A stretch of DNA of 64,000 bases from Squalus acanthias (lineage: Eukaryota). Position 1 is the stretch's first letter. The number at the start of each line of letters is the position of its first letter. Below, piece by piece: positions 1-13,904 of the stretch. Location: assembly GCA_030390025.1 (NCBI GenBank), contig CM059449.1, positions 15,624,001-15,688,000 of the forward strand. Direction: 5' to 3'. The notes below the pieces were generated by a model. It was given only the letters and a program-made list of their open reading frames with translations, ran no database searches and had not been told where the DNA came from. A program made the position numbers and the translations under genes.

Positions 1-3000
1 CTGTAATGTGGTGACCAGAACTGCACGCAGTAATCTAGCTGAGGCCTAACTGTGTTTCATACAGTTGAAGTATAACCCCCCTGCTCTTGTTTTCTATGCC
101 ACGGCTAATAAAGGCAAGCATTCCGTATGCCTTCTTAACCACCTTAACAACCTCGCCTGCTACCTTCAGGGATGTGTGGGCATGCATTCCAAGGTCTCTC
201 TGTTCCTCTATGCTTCTCAGTATCCTACTATTTAATGTGTATTCCTTTGCCTTATTAGCACGCCCCAAGTGCATCATACTTCTCCAGATTTTTTTTATTC
301 CTTCACAGGATGTGCGCATTGCTGAGAAGGCCAGCAATTATTGCCCATCACCCAATTGCCTTGCGACGGTGGCAGTGAGTTGCCTTCTTGATTAACTGGC
401 TTGCTAGGCCATTTCAGAGGGCAGTTAAGAGCTTACCACATTTCTGTGGGTCTGGAGTCACATATAGGCCGGATTAGGTCAGGACGGCAGATTTCCTTCC
501 CTAAAGACATTAGTGCACCAGATGGGTTTTTACGAAAATCTGGTAGTTTCATGTAATTAGTGTAATTCATTTAATTTAAATTCTTCAGCTGCAGTGGTGG
601 AGATATGAACTCATATCTTCGGATCATTTGTCCAGGCCTCTGAAGTACTAGACCAGTAACATAACCATTATGGTACCGTACCCCCAATTCCATTTGCCAC
701 TTTTCTGACCAGCTGAACAGCCATTGATATATTCCTGCATTCTACAGCTTTCATCCTCATTACCAATCAAACGGCCAATTTATGTATCATCTGCAAACTT
801 CTTCATCATGCCCCTTACTTGAAGTCTATATCGATTCTATCTTTTAATGTAGTATCGCTGCAAGATAGTAATTGTTTCCAAGTAATTGATTAACTTTCTC
901 TGAATCAAGGTGTATAAAATTATGAGAGGCCTCGACAGAGTGGATAGGAAGGACCTATTTCCCTTAGCAGAATGGTCAATAACCAGGGGCCATAGATTTA
1001 AATTAATTGGTAGAAGGATTAGGGAGGATTTGAGGAGAATGCTTTAACCCAGAGGGTGGTGGGGATCTGGAACTCACTGCCTGAAAGGGTGGTAGAGGCA
1101 GAAACCCTCATGGCATGTAAACTGTACTTGGATATACACACGAAGTGCTGTAACCTACAGTGCTACGGACCAAGAGCTGGAAAGTGGGATTAGGCTGCAG
1201 AGCTGTTTTTCGGCCGGCACAGTCAGTTTGGGACGAATGGCCTCCTTCTGTACCATAAACTTCTATGATTATAAGAAGCCTATATTTGTGAAGGAGGAGG
1301 GATGGTCCTGGTTATGTCAAGCTTATGGATTTTTAACGAGCTGCAAGTCGACCATTCTTGACTTGATTCTAAGATCAGCACCTCCTTACAGAGCCGTGTT
1401 GCTATTGCGAAACATAAACAGGAAACGCTGAAAGTGCTCAGCATGTCAGTCGACATAGAATCATAGAATCATAGAAAGTAACAGCACGGAAGGAGGCCAT
1501 TTCGGCCCATCGTGTCCGCACCGGCCAACAAAGAGCTATCCAGCCTAATCCCACTTCCCAGCTCTTGGTCCGTAGCCCTGCAGATTACAGCACCCCACGT
1601 GCACATCCAAGTACTTTTTAAATGTGGTTAGGGTTCCTGCCTCTACCACCCTTTCAGGCAGTCAGTTCCAGACCCACACAACCCACTGGGTGAAGAAATT
1701 TCCCCTCAAATCTCCTCTAAAATTTCCACTAATTACTGTAAATCAGTGCCCCTTGGTTTTTGACCCCTCTGCTGAGGGAAATAGGTCCTTTCTATCCACT
1801 TTATCTCTGCCCCTCAAAATGTTATCCATCTCAATAAGTTCTGCCCTCAGCCTCCTCTTTTCCAAGGAAAACAGACCCAGCCTATCCAGTCTTTCCTCAT
1901 AGCTAAGATTCTCTACTCCCGGCAACATCCTTGTAAATCTCCTCTGAAAACTCTCTAGTGCAATCACATCTTTCCTGTAATGTGGTGACCAGAACTGCAC
2001 GCAGTAATCTAGCTGAGGCCTAACTGTGTTTCATACAGTTGAAGTATAACCCCCCTGCTCTTGTTTTCTATGCCACGGCTAATAAAGGCAAGCATTCCGT
2101 ATGCCTTCTTAACCACCTTATCAACCTCGCCTGCTACCTTCAGGGATGTGTGGGCATGCATTCCAAGGTCTCTCTGTTCCTCTATGCTACTCAGTATCCT
2201 ACTATTTAATGTGTATTCCTTTGCCTTATTAGCACGCCCCAAGTGCATCATACTTCTCCAGATTTTTTTTTATTCCTTCACAGGATATGCGCATTGCTGG
2301 GAAGGCCAGCAATTATTGCCCATCACCCAATTGCCTTGCAACGGTGGCGGTGAGTTGCCTTCTTGATTAAGTGGCTTGCTAGGCCATTTCAGAGCGAAGT
2401 TAAGAGTTTACCACATTTCTGTGGGTCTGGAGTCACATATAGGCCAGATTAGGTCAGGACGGCAGATTTCCTTCCCTAAAGGACATTAGTGAACCAGATG
2501 GGTTTTTACGACAATCTGGTAGTTTCATGTAATTAGTGTAATTCATTTAATTTAAATTATTCAGCTGCAGTGGTGGAGATATGAACTCATATCTTCGGAT
2601 CATTTGTCCAGGCCTCTGAATTACTAGACCAGTAACATAACCATTATGGTACCGTACCCCCAATTCCATTTGCCACTTTTCTGCCCATTTTAACAGCCAT
2701 TGATATATTCCTGCATTCTACAGCTTTCATCCTCATTATCAATCAAACGGCCAATTTTTGTATCATCTGCAAACTTCTTCATCATGCCCCTTACTTGAAG
2801 TCTATAACGATTCTATCTTTTAATGTAGTATCGCTGCAAGATAGTAATTGTTTCCAAGTAATTGATTAACATTCTCTGAATCAAGGTGTATAAAATTATG
2901 AGAGGCCTCGATAGAGTGGATAGGAAGGACCTATTTCCCTTGGCAGAAGGGTCAACAACCAGGGGCCATAGATTTAAATGAATTGGTAGAAGGATTAGGG

Positions 3001-6000
3001 AGGATTTGAGGAGAATGCTTTCACCCAGAGGGTGGTGGGGATCTGGAACTCACTGCCTGAAAGGGTGGTAGAGGCAGAAACCCTCATGGCATTTAAACTG
3101 TACTTGGATATACACTAGAAGTGCTGTAACCTACAGGGCTACGGACCAAGAGCTGGAAAGTGGGATTAGGCTGGAGAGCTGTTTTTCGGCAGGCACAGTC
3201 AGTTTGGGACGAATGGCCTCCTTCTGTACCATAAACTTCTATGATTATAAGAAGCCTATATTTGTGAGGAGGAGGGATGGTCCTGGTTATGTCAAGCTTA
3301 TGGATTTTTAACGAGCTGCAAGACGACCATTCTTGACTTGATTCTAAGTTCAGCAACTCCTTACAGAGCCGTGTTGCTATTGCGAAACATAAACAGGAAA
3401 CGCTGAAAGTGCTCAGCATGTCAGTCGACATAGAATCATAGAAAGTAACAGCACTGAAGGAGGACATTTCGGCCCATCGTGTCCGCACCAGCCAATAAAG
3501 AGCTATCGAGCCTAATCCCACTTCCCAGCTTTTGGTCCGTAGCCCTGCAGATTACAGCACCCCACGTGCACATCCAAGTACATTTTAAATGTGGTTAGGG
3601 TTCCTGCCTCTACCACCCTTTCAGGCAGTCAGTTCCAGACCCACACAACCCACTGGGTGAAGAAATTTCCCCTCAAATCCCCTCTAAAATTTCCACTAAT
3701 TACTGTAAATCAGTGCTCCTTGGTTTTTGACCCCTGTGCTGAGGGAAATAGGTCCTTTCTATCCACTTTATCTGTGCCCCTCAAAATTTTATCCATCTCA
3801 ATAAGGTCTGCCCTCAGCCTCCTCTTTTCCAAGGAAAACAGACCCAGCCTATCCAGTCTTTCCTCCTGGCTAAGATTCTCTACTCCCGGCAACATCCTTG
3901 TAAATCTCCTCTGAAAACTCTCTAGTGCAATCACGTCTTTCCTGTAATGTGGTGACCAGAACTGCACGCAGTAATCTAGCTGAGGCCTAACTGTGTTTCA
4001 TACAGTTGAAGTATATCCCCCCTGCTCTTGTTTTCCATGCCATGGCTAATAAAGGCAAGCATTCCGTATGCCTTCTTAACCACCTTATCAACATCAACTG
4101 CTCCCTTCAGGGATGTGTGGGCATGCATTCCAAGGTCCCTCTGTTCCTCTATGCTTCTCAGTATCCTACTATTTAATGTGTAATCCTTTGCCTTATTAGC
4201 ACGCCCCAAGTGCATCATACTTCTCCAGGTTTTTTCTTATTCCTTCACAGGATGTGCGCATTGCTGAGAAGGCCAGCAATTATTGCCCATCACCCAATTG
4301 CCTTGCGACGGTGGCGGTGAGTTGCCTTCTTGATTAAATGGCTTGCTAGGCCATTTCAGAGGGCAGTTAAGAGCTTACCACATTTCTGTTGGTCTGGAGT
4401 CACATATAGGCCAGATTAGGTCAGGACGGCAGATTTCCTTCCCTAAAGGACATTAGTGAACCAGATGGGTTTTTCCGACAATCTGGTAGTTTCATGTAAT
4501 TAGTGTAATTCATTTAATTTAAATTCTTCAGCTGCAGTGGTGGAGATATGAACTCATATCTTCGGATCATTTGTCCAGGCCGCTGAATTACTAAACCAGT
4601 AACATAACCATTATGGTACCGTACCCCCAATTCCATTTGCCACTTTTCTGCCCAGCTGAAAAGCCATTGATATATTCCTGCATTCTACAGCTTTCATCCT
4701 CATTATCAATCAAACGGCCAATTTTTGTATCATCTGCAAACTTCTTCATCATGCCCCTTACTTGAAGTCTATATCGATTCTATCTTTTAATGTAGTATCG
4801 CTTCAAGATAGTAATTGTTTCCAAGTAATTGATTAACATTCTCTGAATCAAGGTGTATAAAATTATGAGAGGCCTCGATAGAGTGGATAGGAAGGACCTA
4901 TTTCCCTTAGCAGAAGGGTCAATAACCAGGGGCCATAGATTTAAATTAATTGTTAGAAGGATTAGGGAGGATTTGAGTAGTATGCTTTCACCCAGAGGGT
5001 GGTGGGGATCTGGAACTCACTGCCTGAAGTGGTGGTAGAGGCAGAAACCCTCATGGCATTTAAACTGTACTTGGATATACATTAGAGGTGCTGTAACCTA
5101 CAGGGCTAAGGACCAAGAGCTGGAAAGTGGGATTAGGCTGGAGAGCTGTTTTTCGCCGGCACAGTCAGGTTGGGACGAATGGACTCCTTCTCTACCATAA
5201 TCTTCTATGATTATAAGAAGCCTATATTTGTGAAGGAGGAGGGATGGTCCTGGTTATGTCAAGCTTATGGATTTTTAACCTGCTGCAAGACGACCATTCT
5301 TGACTTGATTCTAAGTTCAGCAACTCCTTACAGAGCCGTGTTGTTATTGCGAAACATAAACAGGAAATGCTGAAAGTGCTCAGCATTTCAGTCGACATAG
5401 AATCATAGAACCATAGAAAGTAACAGCACTGAAGGAGCCATTTCGGCCCATCGTGTCTACGCCGGCCAACAAAGAACTACCCAGCCTAATCCCACTTCCA
5501 GCTCTTGGTCTGTAGCCCTGTGGGTCAGAGCATGCCACGTGCACATCCAAGTACTTTTTAAATGTGGTTCGGGTTCCTGCCTCTACCACCCTTTCAGGCA
5601 ATGAGTTCCAGACCCCCACAACCCTCTGGGTGCAGAAATTTCCCCACAAATCCCCTCTAAACCTTCCACCAATTACTGTAAATCTGTGCCCCTTGGTTTT
5701 TGACCCCTCTGCGAAGGGAAATAGGTCCTTTCTATCCACTTTATCTGTGCCCCTCCTAATTTTATACTCCTCAATACGCTCTCCACTCAGCCTCCTCTGT
5801 TCCAAGGAGAAAAGATCCAGCCTATCTAATCTTTCGTCATAGCTAAGATTCTTTAATCCCAGCAACATCTTTTTAAATCTCCTCTGTACCCTCTCTAGTG
5901 CAATCACATCTTTCCTGCAATGTGGTGACCAGAACTGCACGCAATACTCTAGCTGAGGCCTAACTAGTGTTTTATACAGTTGAAGTATAACCCCCCTGCT

Positions 6001-8653
6001 CTTGTTTTCTATGCCACGGCTAATAAAGGCAAGCCTTCCGTATGCCTTCTTAACCACCTTTACTGAGGGGCCTGCTACCTTCAGGGATCTGTCAGCTTGC
6101 ATTCCAACGTCCCTCTGTTCCTCTATTCTTCTCAGTATCCTACCATTTAATGTGTACTCCTTTGTCTTATTAGCACACCCCAAGTGCATCACACTTCTCC
6201 AGATTTTTACTTATTCCTTCACAGGATGTGGGCATTGCTCGGAAGACCAACATTTGTTGCCCATTCCCCAATTGCCCTCGCGAAGGGAGCGGTGAGTTGC
6301 CTTTTACAATAAGTGGCTTGCTAGGCAATTTTAGAGGGCAGTTAAGAGCCTACCACATTTCTCTGGATCTGGAGTCACATATAGGCCAGACTAGGTAAGG
6401 ACGCAGATTTCCTTCCCTAAATAACATTAGTGAACCAGATGGGTTTTTACAACAATCTGGTAGTTTAATGTAATTTGTGTAATTCACTGAATTTAAATTC
6501 TTCAGCTGCAGTGGTGGTGATATGAACTGATATCTCCGGATCATTAGTCCAGGCCCCTAAATTACTAGACCAGTAATATAACCATTATGTTACCGTACCC
6601 CCAATTCCATTTGCCAATTTTCTGCCCAGCTGAACAGCCATTGATATATTCCTGCATTCTACAGCTTTCATCCTCATTATCAACCAAACGGCCAATTTTT
6701 GTATCATCTGCAAACTTCTTCATCATGCCCCTTACTTGAAGTCTATATCGATTCTATCTTTTAATGTAGTATCGCTGCAAGATAGTAATTGTTTCCAAGT
6801 AATTGATTAACATTCTCTTAATCAAGGTGTATAAAATTATGAGGGACCTTAGATAGAGTGGATAGGAAGGACCTATTTCCCTTAGCAGAAGGGTCAATAA
6901 CCAGGGGACATAGTTTTAAAGTAATTGGTAGAAGGATTAGGGAGGAGTTGAGGAGAATCCTTTCACCCAGAGGGTGGTGGGGATCTGCAACTCACTGCCT
7001 AAAACGGTGGTAGATGCAGAAACCCTCATGGCATTTAAACTGTACTTGGATATACACTAGAAGTGCTGTAACCTACAGGGCTACGGACCAAGAGCTGGAA
7101 AGTGGGATAAGGCTGGAAAGCTGTTTTTCGAACAGCACAGTGAGGATTGGCCGATTGCCCTCCTTCTGTGCCATAAACCACTATGATAATGAGAAGCATA
7201 TATTTGTGCGGAGGAGGGATGGTCCTGCTTGTGTCATACATATGGATTTTTAACGAGCTGCAAGACCACCATTCTTGACTTGATTCTAAATTCTGCACCT
7301 CCTTACAGAGCAGTGCTGCTATTGCGCAACATTAACAGAAAATGCTGAAAGTGCTCAGCATGTCAGTCGACATAGAATCATAGAATCATAGAAAGTAACA
7401 GCACGGAAGGAGCCATTTCGGCCCATCGTGTCTGAGCCGGCCAACAAAGAACTAACCAGCCGAATCCCACTTCCAACTCTTGGTCTGTAGCCCTGCAGGT
7501 TAGAGCATGCCACGTGCACATCCAAGTACTTTTTAAATGTGGTTAGGGTTCCTGCCTCTACCACCCTTTCAGGCAGTCAGTTCCAGACCCACACATCGCT
7601 CTGGGTGAAGAAATGTCCCCTCAAATCCCCTCTAAACCTTCCACCAATTAATGTAAATCTGAGCCCCTTGGTTTTTGACCCCTCTGCTAAGGGAAATAGG
7701 TCCTTTCTATCCACTTTATCTGTGCCCCTCATAATTTTATACACCTCAATAAGGTCTCCACTCAGCCTCCTCTGTTCCAAGGAAATCAGTCCTCGCCTAT
7801 CTAGTCATTCCTCTTAGCTAAGATTCTCTAATCCCGGCAACATCCTTGTAAATCTCCTCTGTACCCTCTCTAGTGCAATCACATCTTTCCTGTAATGTGG
7901 TGACCAGAACTGCACGCAGTACTCTAGCTGAGGCCTAACTGTGTTTCATACAGTTGAAGTATAAACCCCCTGCTCTTGTTTTCTATGCCACGGCGAATAA
8001 AGGCAAGCATTCCGTATGCCTTCTTAAACACTTTATCTACCTGGTCTGCTAACTGCAGGGATTTGTGGACATGCATTCCAAGGTCCCTCTGTTCCTCTAT
8101 GCTTCTCAGTATCCTACTATTAACTGTGTATTCCTTTGCCTTATTAGCACTCCCCAAGTGCATCATACTTCTCCAGATTTTTTCTTATTCCTTCACAGGA
8201 TGTGGGCATTGCTGGGAAGGCCAGCAATTATTGCCCATCCCCCAATTGCCCTCGCGACGGTGGCGGTGAGCTGCCTTCTTGATTAAGTGGCTTGCTAGGT
8301 CATTTCAGAGGGCAGTTAAGAGCCTACCACATTTCTGTGGGTCTGGAGTCTCATATAGGCCAGGCTAGGTAAGGAGGGCAGATTTTCTTCCCTAAAGGAC
8401 ACTGGTGAACTAGATGGGTTTTTACGACCATCTGGTAGTTTCATGTAATTTGTGTAATTCATTGAATTTAAATTCATCAGCTGCAGTGGTGGTGATATGA
8501 ACTCATATCTTCGGATCATTAGTCCAGGACCCTGAATTACTAGTCCAGTAACATAACCATTATGGTACCGTACCCCCAATTCCATTTGCCACTTTTCTGC
8601 CCAGCTGATCAGCCATTGATATATTCCTGCATTCTACAACATTCATATTCATT

Positions 8654-9397
8654 GGCCCAGAAATTGATCTCGCTCCGTTCCCGCGGGGGTAAGCCTTCCC
8701 CGCGATGTCTCACCTCGCTTATGCTTTTTCTGATCCAGCTCGCACGAAATTGATGTTCCAGACATCAGCTGTGCTGGGCTTGCGTATCCCAGCGGCGTAG
8801 TTAATTCGTGCGAGCTGTGGGATCACGTGACTCAGTTAGAGCCAATGGCAGCACACCATCTTCCATTCATAAGTCTCACAGCATAGCTGTGAGACTTATG
8901 AATCTTACACCCCCCCAAAATAACAGCTAAACCTCAATTAAATTTAAAAAAAAAACCATCATATTAATAAAATAAGTATAGTTAATTAAATTAACCATTT
9001 TAAATAAAAAATTAAATTTTTGAAAAAATTTAAAATCTTTTAAAAAGTTATAAAAATAAACTTACCTGTCTTTAAAGTCTATAAAAAAGATATACCTGTA
9101 AAAAAAAAATCAAAAAAATACTTAATTCACTACTTACCTTCTTAAAAGCGGGTCTTACTCCTCCTTTTTACATTTCCAAAATCTTCCCTACTTACCTGCG
9201 CGTCCAAAGCATGAAGTGCACAGCGTGCGCGCAGCCTGTAGCGCGCACGCGATGCACTCAAGCCCCGCCCCCTTTTCGGAAGAGCAATTGCCGGTTTTCA
9301 GCGCATGCGCAGGGTATGCAGAAAACCGGCAATTGGAGTGGGAATACGCGAGAGTATGCAGTGCGTACTCTCGCGTCCCGGGATCAATTTTCGGCCC
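8654..9397. mobile_element. Non-autonomous DNA transposon (MITE, Harbinger-like ends) inserted into one array unit
   Basis: TIRs ggcccagaaattgatc / gatcaattttcggccc (13/16 match), ATT target duplication at 8651-8653 and 9398-9400, AT-rich core. The other units show the empty site (cattatcaa). Confidence 0.85.
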
Positions 9398-10702
9398 ATT
9401 ATCAACCAAATGGCCAATTTTTGTATCATCTGGAAACTTCTTCATCATGCCCGTTAATTGAAGTCTATATCGATTCCATCTTTTAATGTAGTATAGGTGC
9501 AAGATAGTAATTCTTTCCAAGTAATTGATTAACATTCTCTTAATCAAGGTGTATAAAATTATGAGGGGCCTAGTTAGAGGGGATAGGAAGGACCTATTTC
9601 CCTTAGCAGAAGGGTCAATAACCTGGGGACATAGATTTAAATTAATTGGTAGAAGGATTAGGGAAGATTTGAGGAGAATGCTTTCACCCAGAGGGTGGTG
9701 GGGATCTGGAACTCACTGCCTGAAAGGGTGGTAGAGGCAGAAACCCTCATGGCATTTAAACTGTACTTGGATATACACTAGAAGTGCTGTAACCTACAGG
9801 GCTACGGACCAAGAGCTGGAAAGTGGGTTTAGGCTGCAGAGCTGCTTTTCGGCCTGCACAGTCAGGTTGGGACGAATGGCCTCCTTCTGTACCATAAACT
9901 TCTATGATTATAAGAAGCCTATATTTGTGAAGGAGGAGGGCTGTTCCTGGTTATGTCAAGCTTATGGATTTTTAATGAGCTGCAAGACGACCATTCTTGA
10001 CTTGATTCTAAGTTCAGCAGCTCCTGACAGAGCCGTGTTGCTATTGCGAAACATAAACAGGAAATGCTGAACGTGCTCAGCATGTCAGTCAACATAGAAT
10101 CATAGAAAGTTACAGCACGGAAGGAGCCATTTCGGCCCATCGTGTCTGCGCCGGCCAACAAAGAACTATCCAGCCTAATCCCACTTCCCAGCTCTTGGTC
10201 CGTAGCCCTGCAGGTTAGAGCATCCCACGTGCACATCCAAGTACTTTTTAAATGTGGTTAGGGTTCCTGCCTCTACCATCCTTTCAGGCAGTGAGTTCCA
10301 GACCCCCACAACCCTCTGAGTGAAGAAATTTCCCCACAAATCCCCTCTAAACCTTCCAGCAATTATTGTAAATCTGTGCCCCTTGGTTATTGACCCATCT
10401 GCTAAGGCAAATAGTTGCTTTCTATCCACTTTATCTGTGCCCCTCATAATTTTATACACCTCAATAAGGTCTCCACCAAGCCTCCTCTGTTCCAAGGAAA
10501 ACAGACCCAGCTTATCTAGTCTTTCCTCATAGCTAAGATTCTCTATTCCCGGGAACATCCTTGTAAATCTCCTCTGTACCCTCTCTAGTGGAATCACATC
10601 TTTCCTGTAATGTGGTGACCAGAACTGCACGCAATACTCTAGCTGAGGCCTAATTAGTGTTATATACAGTTGAAGTATAACCCCCCTGCTCTTGTTTTCT
10701 AT

Positions 10703-10902
10703 CACCAGGTTATAGTCCAACAGCTTTATTTGAAATCACAACCTTTCGGAGCGCTACTCCTTCGTCAGGTGACTTCACCTGACTAAGGAGCAGCGCTCCG
10801 AAAGGTTGTGATTTCAAATAAAGCTGTTAGACTATAACCTGGTGTTGTGCGACTTGTCACTTTTGTCCACACCAGTCCAACGCCCGCATCTCCTCATCAT
10901 GG
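10703..10902. mobile_element. Penelope-like element terminal remnant (inverted pseudo-LTR hairpin with hammerhead-like cores)
   Basis: 12-bp duplication cttgttttctat at 10691-10702 and 10903-10914; ~70-bp inverted arms spanning 10703-10844; CTGAC(G/T)A..GGAG..CTCC-GAAA core in each arm. Confidence 0.8.
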
Positions 10903-13900
10903 CTTGTTTTCTATGCCACGGCTAATAAAAGCAAGCATTCCATATGCCTTCATAACATCCTTATCTAACTGGCCTGCTACCTTCAGGGATCTGTCGGCAT
11001 GCATTCCAACGCCCCTCTGTTCCTCTATTCTTCTCAGTATCCTACCATTTAATGTTTATTCCTTTACCTTATTAGCACTCTCCAAGTGCCTCATACTTCT
11101 CCAGATTTTTTCTTATTCCTTTCCAGGATGTGGGCATTGCTGGGAAGGCCAGCATTTATTGCCCATTCCCCAATCGCCCTCACGAAGGTGGCGGTAAGTT
11201 GCCTTTTTGAATAAGTGGCTTGCTAGGCCATTTCAGAGCGCAGTTAAGAGCCTACCACATTTCTGTCGGTCTGTAGTCACATATAGGCCAGATTAGGTAA
11301 GGACGGCAGATTTCCTTCCCTAAAGGACATTAGTGAACCAGATGGGTTTTGACGACAATCTGGTAGTTTCATGTAATTTGTGTAATTCATTGAATTTAAA
11401 TTCTTAAGCTGCAGTGGTGGTGATATGAACTCATATCTCCGGATCATTAGTCCAGGCATCTGAATTACTAGACCAGTAACATAACCATTATGGTACCGAA
11501 CCCCCAATTCCATTTGCCACGTTTCTGCCCAGCTGATCAGTCCATTGATATATTGCTGCATTCTACAGCTTTCATCCACATTATCAACCAAACGGCCAAT
11601 TTTTGTATCATCTGCAAACTTCTTCATCATGCCCCTTACTTGTATCTCTCTCGATTATATCTTTTAATGTAGTATCGCTGCAAGATAGTAATTCTTTCCA
11701 AGTAATTGATTAACATTCTCTTAATCGAGGTGTATAAAATTATGAGGGTCCTCGATAGAGTGGATAGGAAGGACCTATTTCCCTTAGCAGAAGGGTCAAT
11801 GACCAGGGGACATAGATTTAAAGTAATTGGTAGAAGGATTAGGGAGGAATTGAGGAGAATGCTTTCACCCAGATGGTGCTGGGCGTCTGGAACTCACTGC
11901 CTGAATGTGTGGTAGAGGCAGAAACCCTCATCGCATTTAAACTGTACTTGGATATACACCAGAAGTGCTGTAACCTACAGGGCTACGGACCAAGAGCTGG
12001 AAAGTGGGATAAGGCTGGACAGCTGTGATTCGGCCGGCACAGTCAGGATGGGCCGAATGGCCTCCTTCTGTGCCATAAACCTCTATAATTATAAGAAGCC
12101 TATATTTGTGAAGGAGGAGGGATGGTCCTGGTTATGTCAAGCACATGGATTTTAACGAGCTGCAAGACAACAATTCGTGACATGATTCTCCGTTCTGCAC
12201 CTCCTTACAGAGTAGTGTTGCTGTTGTGAAACATAAACAGGAAATGCTGAAAGTGCTCAGCATTTCAGTCGAACCAGAATCATAGAATCATAGAAAGTTA
12301 CAGCACGGAAGGAGCAATATCGGCCCATCGTGTCTGCGCCGGCCAACAAAGAACTACCAGCCTAATCCCACTTCCCAGCTCTTGGTCCATAGCCCTGCAG
12401 GTTAGACATCTCACGTGCACATCCAAGTACTTTTTAAATGTGGTTCGGCTTCCTGCCTCTACCACCCTTTCAGGCAGTGAGTTCCAGACCCCCACACACC
12501 TCTGGGTGAAGAAATTTCCCCTCAGATCCCCTCTAAACCTTCCACCAATTAGTGTAAATCTGTGCGCCTTGCTTTTTGACCCCTCTGGTAAGCGAAATAG
12601 GTCCTTTGTGTCCACTTTGTCTTTCACCCTCATAATTTTATACATCTCAATTAGGTGTCCCCTCAGCCTCCTCTGTTCCAAGGAAAACAGTCCCAGCCTA
12701 TCCAGTCTTTCCTCATAGCTAGGATTCTCCAAGCCCAGCAACATCCTTGTAAATCTCCTCTGTACCCTCTCTAGTGCAATCACATATTTCCTGCAATGTG
12801 GTGACCAGAACTGCACGCAGTACTCCAGCTGAGGTCTAACTAGTGTTTTATACAGTTGAAGTATAACCCCCCTGCTCTTGTTTTCTATGCCACGGCTAAT
12901 AAAGGCAAGCATTCCGTATTCCTTCTTCACCACCTTATCTACCTTGCCTGCTACCTTCAGGGATCTGTGGTCATGCATTCCAAGGACACTCTGTTCCTCT
13001 ATGCTTCTCAGTATCCTACTATTTAATGTGTGTTCCTTTGCCTTATTAGCACTCCCCAAGTGCATCATACTTCTCCAGATTTTTTCTTATCCCTTCACAG
13101 GATGTGGGCATTGCTGGGAAGGCCAGCATTTATTGTCCGTCCCCCAATTGTCCTCGCGAAGGTGGCGGTGAGTTGCCTTTTTCAATATGTGGCTTGCTAG
13201 GCCATTTCAGAGGGCAGTTAAGAGCTTACCACATTTCTGTCGGTCTGGAGTCACATATAGGCCAGATTAGGTAAGGACGGCAGATTTTCTTCCCTAAAGG
13301 ACATTAGTGAACCAGATGGGTTGTTACGACAATCTGGTAGTTTCATGTCATTTGTAATTCATTGAATTTAAATCCTTCAGCTACAGTGGTGGTGATATGA
13401 ACTGATATCTCTGGATCATAAGTCCAGGCCTCTGAATTACTAGACCAGTAACATAATCATTATGGTACCGTACCCCCAATTCCATTTGTTACTTTTCTGC
13501 CCAGCTGACCAGTCCATTGATATATTGCTGCATTCTACAGCTTTCATCCTCATTATCAATCAAACGGCCAATTTTTGTATCATCTGCAAACTTCTTCATC
13601 ATGCCCCCTACATTGAAGTCTATATCGATTATATCTTTTAATGTAGTATCGCTGCAAGATAGTAATTCTTTCCAAGTAATTGATTAATATTCTCTTAATC
13701 AAGGTGTATAAAATTATGAGAGGCTTAGAATGAGTGGATAGGTAGGACCTATTTCCCTTAGCAGAAGGGTCAATAACCAGGGGACATAGATTTAAAGTAA
13801 TTGGTAGAAGGATTAGGGAGGATTTGAGTAGAATGCTTTCACCCAGAGTGTGATGGGGGTCTGGAACTCACTGCCTGAACGGGTGGTAGAGGCAGAAACC

Positions 13901-13904
13901 TCTC

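Noticed and set aside
35-13171. Repeated 60-270 aa ORFs as a tandem gene family
   Set aside because: They are CR1 ORF2 fragments and their antisense frames, broken differently in each unit.
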